DNA from: Thalia democratica
Lineage: Eukaryota
Reading direction: 5' to 3'
Assembly (NCBI GenBank): GCA_965202585.1
Contig: OZ241828.1
Coordinates: 40,796,001-40,860,000, forward strand
DNA: 64,000 bases
Position numbers and translations under genes: made by a program. A model generated the notes under the pieces. That model searched no databases and had not been told where the DNA came from. It saw nothing but the letters and a program-made list of their open reading frames with translations. Below, piece after piece: positions 61,636-64,000 of this stretch (positions are counted from its first letter, which is position 1; every line of letters starts with the position of its first letter).

Positions 61636-64000
61636 TGTAAACTTTTTATTTTTTTACACTTTACACTTCAAGAAGGTGTGGCGGGGCGTGTCATTTAAAA
61701 GTCACTAAAATTCAAATTTTACATAAGCCAATTAAAACTACACCATAAAGTTTGATTTTTCTAAATTAGCTCTGAGGTTTAAAACACAGTTGAAGCAATA
61801 TAAATGCTTCAACTATAAAACTAAAAGCTGTAATTAAAACTTTATCTAAACAAATATAAAATTTTTGAAACAAATTTCAAATCAAAAATAGATTTTATAA
61901 GTACTAAACAAAAAACCTACAATTTATTTATCTTTTTTCAAAATAAAGTTTAATCATTGATTTTTTTGTTTTTTCTTTCCTGTTGCAAGCTTTTTGTTTT
62001 GTCGTGTAGCTTTTCCTGATATTACATATTCAAGTTTCCTTGATAGAACTTCAAAACATTAAATCATTACTATTTGGAGTATTTTTTTTTTGTTTATGTG
62101 TCAATCACTAACCTCCAGTTTTCAACATTCAAATTTATTTGACTTTAATAAAAAGTTTATGTTTTTTGTTAATTTTACTTTGAACCTCATGTATTGTAAA
62201 CACCAAATTAGTGTGAAATTGTTTCTGTAAGTTTACTTTGTTGAGTTATTACAAAGTTTAAACTGCTTTTGTCTTTGTTTATATTTTTGTGACACAAAAA
62301 ATGCGATGAAAATTTTCAAAAAACATTCATTTCTAAATGAGTCAATACTTTAGTTTTAAAACAACTTACTTAGTACTTTTTTGTTTTTTCACATATAAAG
62401 AATCTATAGATTCTATTCAGGTTTTTTTTACAATGCTTTACTTTTTGATAAGAAAAATCAGATATGAGTTAATGGTATAGAATCTAGATGTATTTACTTA
62501 GATTAAATTTAATGACTCTAAAAGTGCTAAAGAGTATGTCAAAGTTATCTCTCAGGAGTGAAAAACTAGGAATAGATAAATACTAAAAGTAAACCAGCAG
62601 AGTCTTTATAAGCTAAAGAATTGAAACAAAAGCGCGTTTTTTTTTTGCAAAAACGTTTTTGTTGCTGCAGATTTGCAGAAAAAACCTTTCGGTTATCGAG
62701 TAGCACACCACTAAAATTTTTTAACGTCTTGTCCAGGACAAAACTACAACTTATAAATACTACTATACATAATTATAAAGCTTTAGTTTTTTATTTTAAG
62801 ATTAGTTTGTTATTTTCTGAAGGTACATCTTTTTCAAATGTTTTATGGAAGTTTTTTAAAAATCTGTAAATGTTAACAAGTATTTACGTTTTGTGAACAC
62901 TCTTTTGTTATCATGTTTAAAATTAAATAGTTAAAAATAAATGTTGAAGCAATTAAAAATTTCTAATATAAATTTAAGTCTTAATCTAGACTGTTTCTCA
63001 AGTAAAATCTATTATTTTTATTTATTTATAAAAAAATAGTTTTATTTGTTATTCATTTCTTTGAACGTTTTACAGTCATTTAATTTTAAGTACAAAAATA
63101 TTGAAAATACATGTTTGATTTCTTTTTACTTAATTTTGTTGTTTATTCGAAAGGTATTTTGTTCTTTGATACTTTACCTCATACAACCTGCTAAACTATT
63201 TTTTGTTTTATTATGCTTTCTTGATACTTTTTCTTACCAAAAAATAATGAATTTCTTTTTAACAATAAACTAAAAAACTATCATAATGTCTAAATTGAAA
63301 AACTTGTATATAATTTTTTTTTAGTGTTTGTTGAGATAATCTCGCATACACAGCACAGCCTTTTATCAAACATATTTATCGATTGTAATTAGTAAGAGCT
63401 TTGCTTATTTTTCTCGAACATTGTTCTTCTGATAAAAAATGATAGTTTTAACTAAAAAAGTAACTAAAAAACAAAAAAAGGCTACATTTATTTTACGGAA
63501 ATTTTGTTAGGGGAGTAGGATAGTTTCATACAAACTTTGTGATTTTTACTATTAAGTTTAAATTTTCTATTTGGAATCACATGTTTGACAATGATAAATT
63601 GTAGAAAAGACGGCCTTTTATGCTTTTGGTTTTTACAAAATTATCATTAAGTACCACAATAAGAACTGCCGATGAAATGAGGTTTAGGTATACTTAAAAA
63701 ACTAATCTGACTGTATTATTTAACGACAAGGGAGAAACTGTCTAAACAGATTGTTGTTAAAAATATAAATTTACTAAAAGTGGATGATTTGATTTTTTTT
63801 TTCAACCTTAAATTTTATATATCTAAAATTATTAAACAAACTAAATGTAAACATAATTAATTGTAGACCATAATAAATTAAACTTTTTTACCAGCTTAAA
63901 ACTATTTTGCAAATTTATCAGATTTAAAAAAAAACTTAGTTCATTAAGTCAAGTATTTACATTTTTATTACTAACTTGTATTTTATGAAAATAGTTCACA

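Noticed and set aside
1-64000. Naming the source organism
   Set aside because: Composition, PLE/hammerhead content and splice signals fit several invertebrate lineages; needs a BLAST or phylogeny of VPS35 and TM9SF1

Overview
Very AT-rich, intron-containing eukaryotic (almost certainly animal) genomic DNA read in the standard code; no prokaryotic features, tRNA, rRNA or CRISPR seen. Four host coding units: a 305-aa single-exon ORF ending in a half-RING-like motif (14150-15067, -), 6-exon MRI1 (19196-26484, -), intronless VPS35 (27671-30079, -) and 10-exon TM9SF1 (44561-56518, +). I built the two spliced models by hand; all introns are GT-AG with consistent phases. The rest is largely non-autonomous DNA transposons (foldback family with 9-bp TSDs, hAT-like, Tc1/pogo-like, TTAA/Kolobok-like) and Penelope-like retroelement (PLE) pieces. 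Main observations: (1) a young 382-bp insertion in MRI1 intron 1, flanked by a perfect 14-bp TSD, that is a loop-less 356-bp palindrome carrying an intact minimal type I hammerhead ribozyme on each strand, with older relatives showing covarying stem II; (2) extreme exon-restricted swings in synonymous GC within single genes (TM9SF1 GC3 about 25% to 93% and back down, while flanking introns stay AT-rich); (3) unusual splice signals (T at donor +3 in 8/14 introns, a polypyrimidine tract in only about 1/14); (4) an (LEQxx)n coding-like repeat inside a hAT-like element. All counts are manual; no database searches were run.
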